Below are positions 39,632 through 49,411 of a stretch of 60,716 nucleotides of DNA, in pieces. Both the position numbers and the translations under genes were made by a program. The notes beneath the pieces were generated by a model, which ran no database searches, was not told where the DNA came from, and saw nothing but the letters and a program-made list of their open reading frames with translations. This stretch comes from Betaproteobacteria bacterium (GTDB lineage Bacteria > Pseudomonadota > Gammaproteobacteria > Burkholderiales > SG8-39): contig VBCH01000210.1 of the NCBI GenBank assembly GCA_005884455.1, forward strand, positions 1-60,716. Reading direction: 5' to 3'. How positions within the stretch are numbered: position 1 is the first letter of the stretch; every line of letters starts with the position of its first letter.

Positions 39632-42544
39632 TCAGGGCTTGAGCTTGTCGAGCTGAGATTTGAGCTGTTCTAGCGTCGCAAGGAAAGTCGCAAGACGCTC
39701 CTTTTCCTGGGCGACCACTGCTGGTGGAGCGCGTTCGACGAAATTCGGATTGGAGAGCTTGGCGTTGGCTTTGGCGATTTCGCCTTCGAGACGCGACATT
39801 TCTTTCTGCAGCCGCGCACGCTCGGCGGCGACGTCAATCTTGACGTTCAGCATTATGCGAAAGGGATGAACGACTTCGACCGGTGCCGGCGACGTGGGCA
39901 ATACGTCTAAGAACTTCACCTCCGATAACCTCGCCAACGCCATCAAGTATGGGCGCAGTACCTCCGCGCCAACAGCGGTAACGTCACCTTCGATCAACGC
40001 CGCCACCTTCTCCGCTGGGGACAGACCCATCTCGCTGCGCAACGAGCGGCAGGCGTTAGTCAATCCCTTCAGCACTGCAATCCGGCTTGCGGCCTGGGGG
40101 GCACGCTTTCCGATATCCGGTTTCGGATAAGGCTGCAGCATGACACTCGGGCCGTCCTTGTCGGCAAGCGGCGCGACCTTTTGCCACAGTTCCTCGGTGA
40201 TGAACGGGATGATCGGATGCGAGAGTCGAAGAATCGCCTCGAGCACGCGCACGAGCGTGCGTCGAGTTGCGCGCTGCTGCGCCTCGCCGCCACCGGCGAG
40301 CTGAACCTTGGCAAGCTCGACGTACCAATCGCAGTATTCGTTCCATACGAATTCATAAATGGCGCGCGCGGCATTATCGAAGCGGTACTGGTCGAAGCCT
40401 AGTGCGACCTCCTCTTCGGCGTCCTGCAGCGCGGCCACGATCCAGTCGTCGGCAAAGGAGCGCTCAAGCGGCAGCGATTCGTCAAGCCCCGTGTCCTTGC
40501 CCTCGCAGTTCATTAGCACGAAGCGCGTCGCGTTCCACAGCTTGTTGCAGAAACTCCGATAGCCATCACAGCGAGAAAGGTCGAAGTTGAGGGTACGCGC
40601 GAACGTGGCGAGCGATGCGAAGGTGAAGCGCATCGCGTCGGCGCCGAAAGAAGGGATGCCGTTTGGATAGTGTGTCCGGATGTACTTTTCAATTTTTGCC
40701 TTGTGCTCGCCACGCAGCAGGCCTTGCGTGGATTTTTCAAGCAAACCCTCGAGACCGACACCATCGATCAGGTCGAGCGGGTCGAGCGTGTTGCCTTTCG
40801 ATTTCGACATCTTTTCGCCTTCGGCGTCGCGCACGAGGGCGTTGATGTAGACGTGGTGGAATGGCACCTTGCCGGTGAAGTGTTGCGTCATCATGATCAT
40901 CCGAGCGACCCAGAAGAAGATGATGTCGAAGCCGGTGACCAGCACCGAGGAGGGAAGAAATCGCTTGAGGTCCGCTGTGTCTTCAGGCCAGCCGAGCGAG
41001 GTAAAGGGGACGAGTGCCGACGAGAACCACGTGTCGAGCACGTCGTTGTCCTGCTTCAAGGCACCGGCATAACCCGCCCGCTTCGCGATCTCGCCAGCTT
41101 CTCTTTCGGTACGAGCAACTACGAAACGCTCACCATCTATGAGCGTGCCATCGGTATACCAAGCTGGAATTCGATGACCCCACCACAATTGGCGCGAGAT
41201 GCACCAATCCTGGATGTTCTCAAGCCATTGGTTGTACGTGGTGGTCCAGTGTTCCGGGAAAAACTTGACCTCGCTCCTGGCGACTACTTTCAACCCTGCC
41301 TTCGCAAGGTTGTCCATCTTTACGAACCACTGATTTGTTAGCATCGGCTCGACAATCACGCCGGTGCGTTCGGAGCGAGGTACGCGCAGCTTATATGGCC
41401 TTTCCGAAACCAAAAGGCCTAGAGCCTTTAGGTCCGCGACGATGAGTTTGCGCGCATCAAAGCGATCAAGTTTCCAATACTTCTGCGGAATGCCAACGTC
41501 TTGGGCCAGCGGTTGACTGCCTACCGGACCGATCTTGCCGCCAGACTGTCGCGGCGCTACGTAGTTCTGCCATTGTTCACCCGCAGCTGGAATCGAGTTG
41601 TCAATAACCTTTCCTTCCAAAGTGAAGATTGAGAAAAGCTGGGGTAACTTTTGTCGATGTCGCTCCCAGACTTTGTAATCGTTGAAGTCATGTCCCGGTG
41701 TAATCTTTACGCAACCAGTACCAAACTCCCGGTCCACATACCCATCAGCAACCACGAGAATCGATCTGTTAGTTAGGGGGAGTCGAACTCGTTTTCCGAC
41801 AAGTGCCGCATACCGCTCATCTTTTGGGTTTACTGCAACAGCAACGTCACCCAGCATCGTTTCCGGCCGCGTCGTGGCGACGACCACCGAGCCGCTGCCG
41901 TCCTCCAGCGGATAGCGTATCTCCCAGATCTTCCCGTTTTCCTCCTCGCTGTCCACTTCGAGGTCGGACACCGCCGTGCCGAGTTCCGGGTCCCAGTTGA
42001 CGAGGCGCTTGCCGCGGTAGATCAGGCCCTGCTCGTGAAGGCGCACGAACACTTCGATCACCGCGCGCGACATGCGCGCGTCCATGGTGAAGTAACCGGA
42101 GTTCTCTCCCTCGGTATCGGCAAAGGTCCAGTTGGCAGATGCGCCGAGGCGCCGCATCTGGCGCATGATCGTCGAGCCGGACTGCTGCTTCCAATCCCAC
42201 ACGCGTCTTACGAAACCCTCGCGGCCAAGGTCATGGCGGGTCTTGCCTTCCGACTCGAGCTGGCGCTCGACCACGATCTGCGTGGCGATACCGGCATGGT
42301 CGGTGCCGACCACCCAATTGGCGTTGAAGCCGCGCATGCGGTGATACCGGATCAGGGCGTCCATGAGCGTCTGCTGGAACGCGTGCCCCATGTGCAGGGT
42401 GCCGGTGACGTTCGGCGGGGGCAGCTGGATGCAGTAGGGAGGCTTTTGCGAGTCCGGCGAATGTCGGAAGTACCCGCGCGACTCCCAAAGCGAATACCAG
42501 CGCGACTCGACCTCGTGCGGGTCAAAGCTTTTGGCGAGTTCCAC
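39632..42544 (-). CDS. valS: Valine--tRNA ligase (GTG start at 42544 likely)
   Basis: [43 protein letters not shown]-terminal coiled coil. Confidence 0.98.
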   Translation of the reverse strand: MELAKSFDPHEVESRWYSLWESRGYFRHSPDSQKPPYCIQLPPPNVTGTLHMGHAFQQTLMDALIRYHRMRGFNANWVVGTDHAGIATQIVVERQLESEGKTRHDLGREGFVRRVWDWKQQSGSTIMRQMRRLGASANWTFADTEGENSGYFTMDARMSRAVIEVFVRLHEQGLIYRGKRLVNWDPELGTAVSDLEVDSEEENGKIWEIRYPLEDGSGSVVVATTRPETMLGDVAVAVNPKDERYAALVGKRVRLPLTNRSILVVADGYVDREFGTGCVKITPGHDFNDYKVWERHRQKLPQLFSIFTLEGKVIDNSIPAAGEQWQNYVAPRQSGGKIGPVGSQPLAQDVGIPQKYWKLDRFDARKLIVADLKALGLLVSERPYKLRVPRSERTGVIVEPMLTNQWFVKMDNLAKAGLKVVARSEVKFFPEHWTTTYNQWLENIQDWCISRQLWWGHRIPAWYTDGTLIDGERFVVARTEREAGEIAKRAGYAGALKQDNDVLDTWFSSALVPFTSLGWPEDTADLKRFLPSSVLVTGFDIIFFWVARMIMMTQHFTGKVPFHHVYINALVRDAEGEKMSKSKGNTLDPLDLIDGVGLEGLLEKSTQGLLRGEHKAKIEKYIRTHYPNGIPSFGADAMRFTFASLATFARTLNFDLSRCDGYRSFCNKLWNATRFVLMNCEGKDTGLDESLPLERSFADDWIVAALQDAEEEVALGFDQYRFDNAARAIYEFVWNEYCDWYVELAKVQLAGGGEAQQRATRRTLVRVLEAILRLSHPIIPFITEELWQKVAPLADKDGPSVMLQPYPKPDIGKRAPQAASRIAVLKGLTNACRSLRSEMGLSPAEKVAALIEGDVTAVGAEVLRPYLMALARLSEVKFLDVLPTSPAPVEVVHPFRIMLNVKIDVAAERARLQKEMSRLEGEIAKANAKLSNPNFVERAPPAVVAQEKERLATFLATLEQLKSQLDKLKP

Positions 42545-42627
42545 GTGAGTTGAGTTCAAAAGAGAAAGCGCGCCGCGCGGCGCCCCCGCGGGAGCCCGGC
42601 TTCGACACGCTCCGGCGGATTATAGCG

Positions 42628-43041
42628 TCAGCCGCCCCGCGACTGTCCGCGCGCACGTGCGATTTCGAGCTCGACTGCCCGTGCGACCGCGTCGCGAATC
42701 ATCGCCTCGATGTCGGTCTTGACTTGGGCGCTGAGGGCGGTCAGGGCGCGCTGCAAGTGGGCGTCGAGACGTGCCCTCAAGGGTTCCTCCACGAACTTCG
42801 CGATGTGCGGGCCGATCGCGTCAAGGATACTTTGCTTGAGCCTTTGCTCCAGCTCCGGCAATTCGCTCCCGGTCGTACCACCCTGGCGCGCCGCGCCCGA
42901 TGAGGGGTGCGCTGGCGTCGCGCCCGGCTCGGCGATGATCTCCGTGAGAACCGGGACGTCGCCTTGAGCTGCCGTGCCAGAGGGATGGTAGCGCTTCAGG
43001 AACGCATCGGCTTTCCCCAGCAGGTCGTCGGAGTCGCTCAT
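42628..43041 (-). CDS. Hypothetical protein downstream of holC (VPVLTE motif, DUF2486-like)
   Basis: Overlaps the holC stop; DVPVLTEII followed by a helical C-terminus. Confidence 0.6.
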   Translation of the reverse strand: MSDSDDLLGKADAFLKRYHPSGTAAQGDVPVLTEIIAEPGATPAHPSSGAARQGGTTGSELPELEQRLKQSILDAIGPHIAKFVEEPLRARLDAHLQRALTALSAQVKTDIEAMIRDAVARAVELEIARARGQSRGG

Positions 43042-43466
43042 ATGCTCGCCTTGGAGAGGTCGTAATGGTTGATTTCGTAGCCACGGTCCCGATAGAAACG
43101 AAAACGGCTTCGCGCGAGCTGACGATCGTCGTCGCCGAGGCCGACGAGTTCGACCAGCCGTTCAAAACGGCTGAACGACGGCGGCGAATCCGCGTGCAAA
43201 TTCACCATGACCTGCCGATGCACCATCTCGACGTCCCCGCATGCGATGACGACCGGGGTTTCGGACGAAAGTGCGTGACGAGCCGTGAAGCCAAGAATGA
43301 ATCCGACGGGTTGATAGGTCCGCAGCAATTCGTCGAAGGTGCGCGCGGTGTTTTCGTCGGGTGCGTAAACGAAGACGCGCAACCCCTGCTGGACGATCCT
43401 GGCGACGAGCTGGCAGGCGACTTGGAGCTTGGGCTCGGCGTTTGAGTAGAAGTCGATGCGCGTCAT
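43038..43466 (-). CDS. holC: DNA polymerase III chi subunit
   Basis: MTRIDFY..., FSRFERLVELV, ARSRFRFYRDRGY; pepA-holC-valS synteny. Confidence 0.88.
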   Translation of the reverse strand: MTRIDFYSNAEPKLQVACQLVARIVQQGLRVFVYAPDENTARTFDELLRTYQPVGFILGFTARHALSSETPVVIACGDVEMVHRQVMVNLHADSPPSFSRFERLVELVGLGDDDRQLARSRFRFYRDRGYEINHYDLSKASI

Positions 43467-43558
43467 GACGGAGGCGAGAGGGTCCGGGATCGTGGGCGGA
43501 GGGAACCTGCGCCCCCGGCGCGCCGAAACCCTGGATCCTCGATCCTCACTTCCCGGTC

Positions 43559-45046
43559 CTAGGCTTCGGCGCGCTTCATGAGAAACGTCGTGAGCAGGGG
43601 GACGGGCCGGCCGGTCGCTCCTTTCTCCTTGCCCGATTTCCACGCAGTCCCGGCGATGTCGAGGTGGGCCCAGTCATACTTGCGCGTAAATCTGGAAAGG
43701 AAACACGCGGCGGTAACACTGCCCGCGGCGCGTCCGCCGATATTTGCAAAATCGGCGAAGTTGCTTTTCAGCTGTTCCTGGTAATCCTCCCACAATGGCA
43801 GCCGCCATACGCGGTCCCGCGACTCCGCGCCCGCTGCCTGCAGCTCGTCTGCCAGGTCGTCCTTGTTCGCGAACAGCCCGGAGCAGACGTGGCCCAAGGC
43901 AACGATGCAGGCCCCCGTAAGCGTGGCAATGTCCACCACAGCCTGGGGCTCGAAGCGCTCGGCGTAGCTCAGCGCATCGGCAAGAATGAGGCGTCCTTCT
44001 GCATCGGTATTGAGAATCTCGACGGTCTGGCCCGACATGCTCGTGACGATATCGCCCGGCTTGGTGGCCGCTCCCCCGGGCATGTTCTCGCAAGTGGGGA
44101 CCAGCCCGACGATGTTCAGCTTGAGGCCGAGCTCCGCCGCGGCGCGCAAAGTTCCCAGCACGCTCGCTGCGCCGCACATGTCGAACTTCATCTGGTCCAA
44201 ATCGGCCGCAGGCTTGATGGAAATGCCGCCGGTATCGAATGTGATACCCTTTCCCACGAGGACCACGGGTCGATCCTTCCTGCCGGCCCCGGCGTAGCGG
44301 AGGATCACGAACTTGGGCGGCTCGTGCGATCCCTTCGTTACCGAGAGCAGCGAACCCATCTGGAGCTTTTCCATGTCTTTTTGCTCGAGCACTTCCACCG
44401 CCAGCTTCCATTCACGCGCGAGCTTTACCGAAGTGTCGGCGAGGTACGTGGGCGTGCACACGTTCGCGGGAAGATTCCCGAGGTCCCTGGCGAGCGTCAT
44501 TCCGGCGGCGATCGCGTTCCCTTCGCGCGTGCCCCGCTCCAAGTCAGCGGCATCGCGCTTGGAAGCGGCAGAAATGGAGACGTGAGCAAGCGATGTTTCT
44601 TCCGCTTTCTTGCTCTTCATGCGATCGAAGCGGTAGCTGATGTCGGCCGCAGCCAGGACGACTTGACGCGCTTTCCAAGCGGCATCGCGCCCGGGAACCT
44701 GCAGCTCCGCGAAATACAGGGACGCATCGCGTGCCCCCGTTTCCTGAACGGCGGCAAGTGCCGCGCGTGCGCAGTCGCGATACTCCTTGTCGCCGAATTC
44801 CTTCTCCCTCCCCAAGCCCACGAGCAGCACGCGCTCTGCAGCGACACCGCGGACGCGATACAGCAGCCGGGTGGTTCCGATCTTGCCGTCCATGTCTCCG
44901 GATCGGAGAAGCTCGCGGATTTGGCCGTGCGCCGCCTTATCCAGCGCATCCGCTGCTCCCGACAACTTGCGCGATTCGAATACACCTGCGGCGACGCACG
45001 CGACCTGGTGTTTCTCCGGCGCCGCGAATTTTGTGTTAAATTCCAT
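43559..45046 (-). CDS. pepA: Leucyl aminopeptidase
   Basis: [34 protein letters not shown]. Confidence 0.97.
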   Translation of the reverse strand: MEFNTKFAAPEKHQVACVAAGVFESRKLSGAADALDKAAHGQIRELLRSGDMDGKIGTTRLLYRVRGVAAERVLLVGLGREKEFGDKEYRDCARAALAAVQETGARDASLYFAELQVPGRDAAWKARQVVLAAADISYRFDRMKSKKAEETSLAHVSISAASKRDAADLERGTREGNAIAAGMTLARDLGNLPANVCTPTYLADTSVKLAREWKLAVEVLEQKDMEKLQMGSLLSVTKGSHEPPKFVILRYAGAGRKDRPVVLVGKGITFDTGGISIKPAADLDQMKFDMCGAASVLGTLRAAAELGLKLNIVGLVPTCENMPGGAATKPGDIVTSMSGQTVEILNTDAEGRLILADALSYAERFEPQAVVDIATLTGACIVALGHVCSGLFANKDDLADELQAAGAESRDRVWRLPLWEDYQEQLKSNFADFANIGGRAAGSVTAACFLSRFTRKYDWAHLDIAGTAWKSGKEKGATGRPVPLLTTFLMKRAEA

Positions 45047-45166
45047 CCGGTCTCGACTCGGGGACATTGCAAGGATTATCCCCGGTTTGCTTCGCCGAAG
45101 TCAAAGCAACGTGGCCTGTTTCGCCTACGATCCGACATGATTCGCTGACGTCCTTCAGTTCGCAAA

Positions 45167-46243
45167 GTGATATTTCGGCGCGCTCTGCTGCGTGAATTCG
45201 GCAACCTCGCGCTCGCGGTATTCGCGACGCTGTTCGCCATAACGCTGACGACGCAGCTGATCCGGCTGCTCGGGCAGGCAGCGATCGGAAAAGTTCTCTC
45301 GGAGGGCGTGGCCGCGCTGCTCGCGTTTTCAGCCCTCAACTATCTGCCGGTACTTCTCTCGCTGACCCTTTTCATCACCGTGCTCATGACGCTTTCGCGC
45401 AGCTACCGCGAATCGGAGATGGTGATTTGGTTTGGTTCGGGCCTTTCGCTCCTCGCGTGGATTCGTCCCGTGCTGTTGTTCGCGGCGCCGCTGGTTGCGC
45501 TCGTGGCGGTGCTGTCGCTGTTCCTGTCGCCTTGGGCGATCGGCAAGGCCGAGGAGTACAGGCGCCAGATGAACCTGCAAGACGACGTTTCACGGGTTGC
45601 TCCGGGAGTCTTCCGCGAGGCGGGCAGTGCGGACCGGGTGTTTTTTGTCGAGGAAATCGCCGGCGATCAGACCAACGTGCAAAACGTGTTCATCGCGCAG
45701 ATGCGACAAGGCACGCTTGGCGTCACGGTCAGCAGGCGCGGATACCGGGAGTCGGCCGAAAACGGCGACCGATTCGTCGTTTTGCTCGACGGGCGGCGCT
45801 ATGAGGGCGTACCGGGCGATCTCGATTTCAAGGTGATGGATTTTCAGCGTTACGCGATGAAGGTCGAGACGCGCGAAGCGCAGGCGGAAGAAGCTTCCAC
45901 CAAGGCCATGTCCACCTTAGGTTTGCTCCAGGCGCACGGCAATGGCCATCTGGCCGAGCTGCTGTGGCGCATCGGCCTGCCGATCGCTGCGTTCGTTCTT
46001 GCGTTGCTCGCGATCCCTCTGTCCTTCGTCAATCCCAGGGCGAGCCGGTCTGTGAATCTGCTCTTCGCTTTGTTCACCTACATGGTCTATGCAAACCTGC
46101 TGAGCATCGTCCAAGCCTGGGTCTCCCAGGGCCGCTTGGGTTTCAATACGGGGTGGTGGGTGGTACACGCCGGAATGCTGGGCGTCCTTGTGTTGTTGTT
46201 TTACAGGAGGCTTCGGGTGGGTCCCCTGCTCCGAAGGCGCTGA
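45167..46243 (+). CDS. lptF: LPS export ABC permease LptF
   Basis: MIFRRALLRE, YRESEM, G.RYEG; divergent from pepA. Confidence 0.93.
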   Translation: MIFRRALLREFGNLALAVFATLFAITLTTQLIRLLGQAAIGKVLSEGVAALLAFSALNYLPVLLSLTLFITVLMTLSRSYRESEMVIWFGSGLSLLAWIRPVLLFAAPLVALVAVLSLFLSPWAIGKAEEYRRQMNLQDDVSRVAPGVFREAGSADRVFFVEEIAGDQTNVQNVFIAQMRQGTLGVTVSRRGYRESAENGDRFVVLLDGRRYEGVPGDLDFKVMDFQRYAMKVETREAQAEEASTKAMSTLGLLQAHGNGHLAELLWRIGLPIAAFVLALLAIPLSFVNPRASRSVNLLFALFTYMVYANLLSIVQAWVSQGRLGFNTGWWVVHAGMLGVLVLLFYRRLRVGPLLRRR

Positions 46244-46244
46244 A

Positions 46245-47318
46245 GTGGATACCTTGCGCACCTACATGGCGAGGGAGATTTACGGCGCGACGCTGTTTGT
46301 TTTCGCCGCATTCCTCAGCTTGTTCTCTTTTTTCGACCTCATCAACGAACTCACCGATCTCGGCAGGGGCGGGTATCGGTTGCAGCACGCGCTCGCGTTC
46401 GTCGCATTGACGGTGCCGAGCCACGTGTATGAGCTGTTTCCCGTGGTAGTGTTGATCGGAACGCTTTATGCCCTCTCCCATCTCGCCGCCAATTCCGAAT
46501 ATACCGTGATGCGCGGCTCGGGGCTTGCGCCCTGGCGCGCGGCAAGCACGCTGTTTCGCATAGGCATCGTGTTTGCCGTCGCCACGCTCGTCTTCGGCGA
46601 GCTGATCGCCCCGGTCTCGGAGCGCGCGGCAAAGCAGCTCAAGCTGTCATTGACCAGCACCATCGTAGCCAGCGAGTTTCACACGGGGTTGTGGGTGAAG
46701 GACGACCGGCGGTTCGTCAACGTTCGCGAAGTCCAGCCCGATACCAGCCTGTCCGATATCAGGGTATTCGAGTTCGACGACCAATACCGCCTCCAGTCGA
46801 TCAGTTTCGCTAAACAGGGACGGTACCTCGGCAAGAATATGTGGCGATTGCGCGAGATCGTGCACACCGGCTTCACGTCCAGCGGAAGCAACGTGCAGCG
46901 CCTGGTCGAAATGGACTGGAACTCGGTTCTTACGCCGGACATTCTCGCCGTGCTGTTCGTCGTTCCGGAGCGCATGTCTGCATGGAACCTGTACCAATAT
47001 TCCCGGCATCTGTCCGAGAACCGCCAAAGGACGGAACGTTATGAAATCGCCATGTGGAAAAAGCTCGTTTATCCGCTTGCCTCCCTTGTCATGATGGCGC
47101 TCGCCTTGCCTTTCGCCTATATCCACGTCCGGGCCGGCGGCGTGGGGGTGAAAGTGTTCTCCGGGATAATGCTGGGGATCTTCTTTCACATGATGAACGG
47201 CCTATTTTCACATCTGGGATTGCTGCAGAACTGGCAACCCTTCGTTAGTGCCGCCCTGCCGAGCGCGGTTTTTCTGGGTGCAGCTGCGCTGATGATGTGG
47301 TGGGTGGAGAGAAGGTAA
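46245..47318 (+). CDS. lptG: LPS export ABC permease LptG (GTG start at 46245)
   Basis: LAANSEYTVMRGSG, GLWVKD, W.S.LTP; follows lptF. Confidence 0.93.
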   Translation: MDTLRTYMAREIYGATLFVFAAFLSLFSFFDLINELTDLGRGGYRLQHALAFVALTVPSHVYELFPVVVLIGTLYALSHLAANSEYTVMRGSGLAPWRAASTLFRIGIVFAVATLVFGELIAPVSERAAKQLKLSLTSTIVASEFHTGLWVKDDRRFVNVREVQPDTSLSDIRVFEFDDQYRLQSISFAKQGRYLGKNMWRLREIVHTGFTSSGSNVQRLVEMDWNSVLTPDILAVLFVVPERMSAWNLYQYSRHLSENRQRTERYEIAMWKKLVYPLASLVMMALALPFAYIHVRAGGVGVKVFSGIMLGIFFHMMNGLFSHLGLLQNWQPFVSAALPSAVFLGAAALMMWWVERR

Positions 47319-47341
47319 CCCGCCGAAGTCCGGCCCCTGAG

Positions 47342-47800
47342 TTACCGGTCCCGGACTCCTGCGTCGCCGGTCGCGACGATGCGAGTGCCGGCCAGACGGT
47401 CATGCAGAAACTGTCGGTCGCGATCGAAGAACGCCCAGAAAACCCCGACGCCGAAGAACAACAGCGACGGCCAGGCGAGAACGTAGCGCAGCGCTGCCCG
47501 GACGATCCCCACCGAAAGGCCGCCATCTCGGACGAGCCGCAGCTTCCAGGTCTGCATGGGCAGCGTTCGACCTCCGCGGCTCCAGCAAGCTATGAAGTAG
47601 GCTCCAAGGACCAGGAACAAGTACAGCTGGAATACGAGACGCGTGTTCCCGGGGAGCCGGCCTTGCGTCGCACCGTAGAACGCGAGACCGGCGAAGAAAG
47701 CGATTGCGAACACAACCAGGGACTCGTACAGCATTGCCAGTACCCGCCTGCCAATGCCCGGCACCGTCGGACCGGGCGGGGCAAGGGTGCCCGAATCCAT
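47342..47800 (-). CDS. RDD family membrane protein
   Basis: RRVLAMLYE, GRTLPMQTWKLRLV, QFLHDRLAGT. Confidence 0.88.
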   Translation of the reverse strand: MDSGTLAPPGPTVPGIGRRVLAMLYESLVVFAIAFFAGLAFYGATQGRLPGNTRLVFQLYLFLVLGAYFIACWSRGGRTLPMQTWKLRLVRDGGLSVGIVRAALRYVLAWPSLLFFGVGVFWAFFDRDRQFLHDRLAGTRIVATGDAGVRDR

Positions 47801-47810
47801 CGATGCGGGG

Positions 47811-48329
47811 CTACCGGTTTGTGGGCGATGCCGGCGCGACTGGGTTGGTTTCAGGCGGCGCAGCGAGCGGCGGCGCAAATTCGGGAGGAGACTTGGCGGG
47901 ACGGGCGGGCGCGGCGGGCTTGCGCGGCGTACTGCCCAGCTTGCGCCGCTCCTGCTCCGGCAGGCGGTTGTACTCCTCCCACTGCTGTTTCAGCTCCTGT
48001 TTCTTGTCCGGCGGCAGTTTTTCCAGCTTCTTGTAGCGCTCGCGTGCGGCCTGGCGTTCCTTGGGAGTGAGCTTGACCCAGGCTTGCATGCGCCGCTGCA
48101 CGCGCACCTGCTCGTCGGGTTTCATCTTCGGATAACGCTTGGCAATTCCGATCCAATTGCGCTTGCGCACTGGTTCGAGATTGTCCCAGTCGCCCGCGAG
48201 CGGCGCGAGAATCTGCTGCTGCTCTTGCGTCAACTCGCCCCACGTCGGGGGCTTTTTCTGCGGTGTAGCGGCGAGGACGGGAAGCGAGGTGCAGAGCCAA
48301 AGTGCTACTGCGAAGAGCGCTTTAGCCAT
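47811..48329 (-). CDS. DUF3106 family exported protein
   Basis: Signal peptide; repeated W..L.P.....; Pro-rich tail. Confidence 0.8.
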   Translation of the reverse strand: MAKALFAVALWLCTSLPVLAATPQKKPPTWGELTQEQQQILAPLAGDWDNLEPVRKRNWIGIAKRYPKMKPDEQVRVQRRMQAWVKLTPKERQAARERYKKLEKLPPDKKQELKQQWEEYNRLPEQERRKLGSTPRKPAAPARPAKSPPEFAPPLAAPPETNPVAPASPTNR

Positions 48330-48682
48330 GCATCGAATCCCTTGTCGAGATAGGCGTCCAGAGGCAAGTCGCCGGTGAGCACTGCGGCGTCGATTTCCTC
48401 GATCTCGGCGGCGACTTGGGTATCCCGCCACTGGTTGATCGCGATCAAGCCAAGGATGAGCACGGCCATCGGCAGCAGCAGGCGCGGAATGAGCGCGACC
48501 GGACCGCCTGATCTGCCGATCGCGTTACCGGCCCAGGCCAATACCGGGACTCGGGACTCGGCGTGCTGGCACGCCAAGGCCCGCTCGCGCGACTCCTTCA
48601 GGCGGGCGAGCTTGCCGGCGTCCAGATCGAGCCCCCGGTTGAGAAGCTGCTTGATTCGGTAAGCGATCTGCTGTTCGTTCAT
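48305..48682 (-). CDS. DUF3619 family putative anti-sigma factor
   Basis: RL...RERAL, one TM helix, D..L..DLP.DAY.D.GF.AWL; follows the ECF sigma gene. Confidence 0.8.
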   Translation of the reverse strand: MNEQQIAYRIKQLLNRGLDLDAGKLARLKESRERALACQHAESRVPVLAWAGNAIGRSGGPVALIPRLLLPMAVLILGLIAINQWRDTQVAAEIEEIDAAVLTGDLPLDAYLDKGFDAWLKRSSQ

Positions 48683-49245
48683 AACTCAATCCCCTTTGCC
48701 CTCAAGGCCGCCGCCAAAGCGTGTGCTGCGCGGGAGCAATGGGTTTTGACGCTGCCCTGAGAGCAACCCATCACGGCTGCTGTCTCGGCGACGTCCAATT
48801 CTTCCCAATAACGCAGCAAAAACGCCTGCCGTTGACGCTGTGGCAGCCGTTGCAGTTCTTTCTCAATTATTTCAACAACTTGAGATCGTTCCAGGAGTTC
48901 GGCGGGCCCATCCCTGGACTTGGAAGCATCCGCGCTCTCCAAGGTCTCGAGCGGGTCGGCATCGTCGTCTTCCCGCCCCGGGGAGAGGGCCGAGAACAGC
49001 GTCACCCATAGCGACCGCACCTTCTGCCTGCGATAAAAGTCGCGAATGGTGTTCTGAAGGATGCGCTGGAAGAGCATCGGCAGCTCCGCCGCCGGCTTGG
49101 CACCGTACTTCTCAGCAAGCTTGAGCATGGAGTCCTGCACTATATCGAGTGCGCTCTCCGCCTCCCGGACCGCGAACAGCGCCTGCTTGTACGCGCGTCG
49201 CTCTACGCTCGCGAGGAACTCGGACAGTTCGTTTCCGGAGGCCAG
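48679..49245 (-). CDS. ECF RNA polymerase sigma factor (probable CTG start at 49245)
   Basis: Frame extends upstream as LASGNELSEFLASVERRAYKQA...DIVQDSM; region 4 LP.RQR.AFLLRYWE...SVKTHCSRA; AAGGAAG SD before the CTG. Confidence 0.9.
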   Translation of the reverse strand: MASGNELSEFLASVERRAYKQALFAVREAESALDIVQDSMLKLAEKYGAKPAAELPMLFQRILQNTIRDFYRRQKVRSLWVTLFSALSPGREDDDADPLETLESADASKSRDGPAELLERSQVVEIIEKELQRLPQRQRQAFLLRYWEELDVAETAAVMGCSQGSVKTHCSRAAHALAAALRAKGIEL

Positions 49246-49340
49246 AAGAGCTTCCTTTTTTGTCGGCGGAAATGACTCGGCCGGTGCGGTCCGATGGTAT
49301 CAAAAGCCGCGTTCAGGCGCTGAATGGAACGGGGAAAAAC

Positions 49341-49369
49341 TTGACCAATCAGACGTCAGCAATTAGGCT
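49341..49369 (+). promoter_or_regulatory. Sigma70 promoter of the ilv operon
   Basis: TTGACC-N17-TAGGCT. Confidence 0.6.
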
Positions 49370-49411
49370 CTAAAGTTTTCGTCGAAGCCGGTGTACGAAC
49401 GGGCTAAGAGC

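Noticed and set aside
49246-49411. Leader-peptide attenuator upstream of ilvB
   Set aside because: The predicted promoter leaves only a short 5' UTR, with no Ile/Leu/Val-rich uORF or terminator
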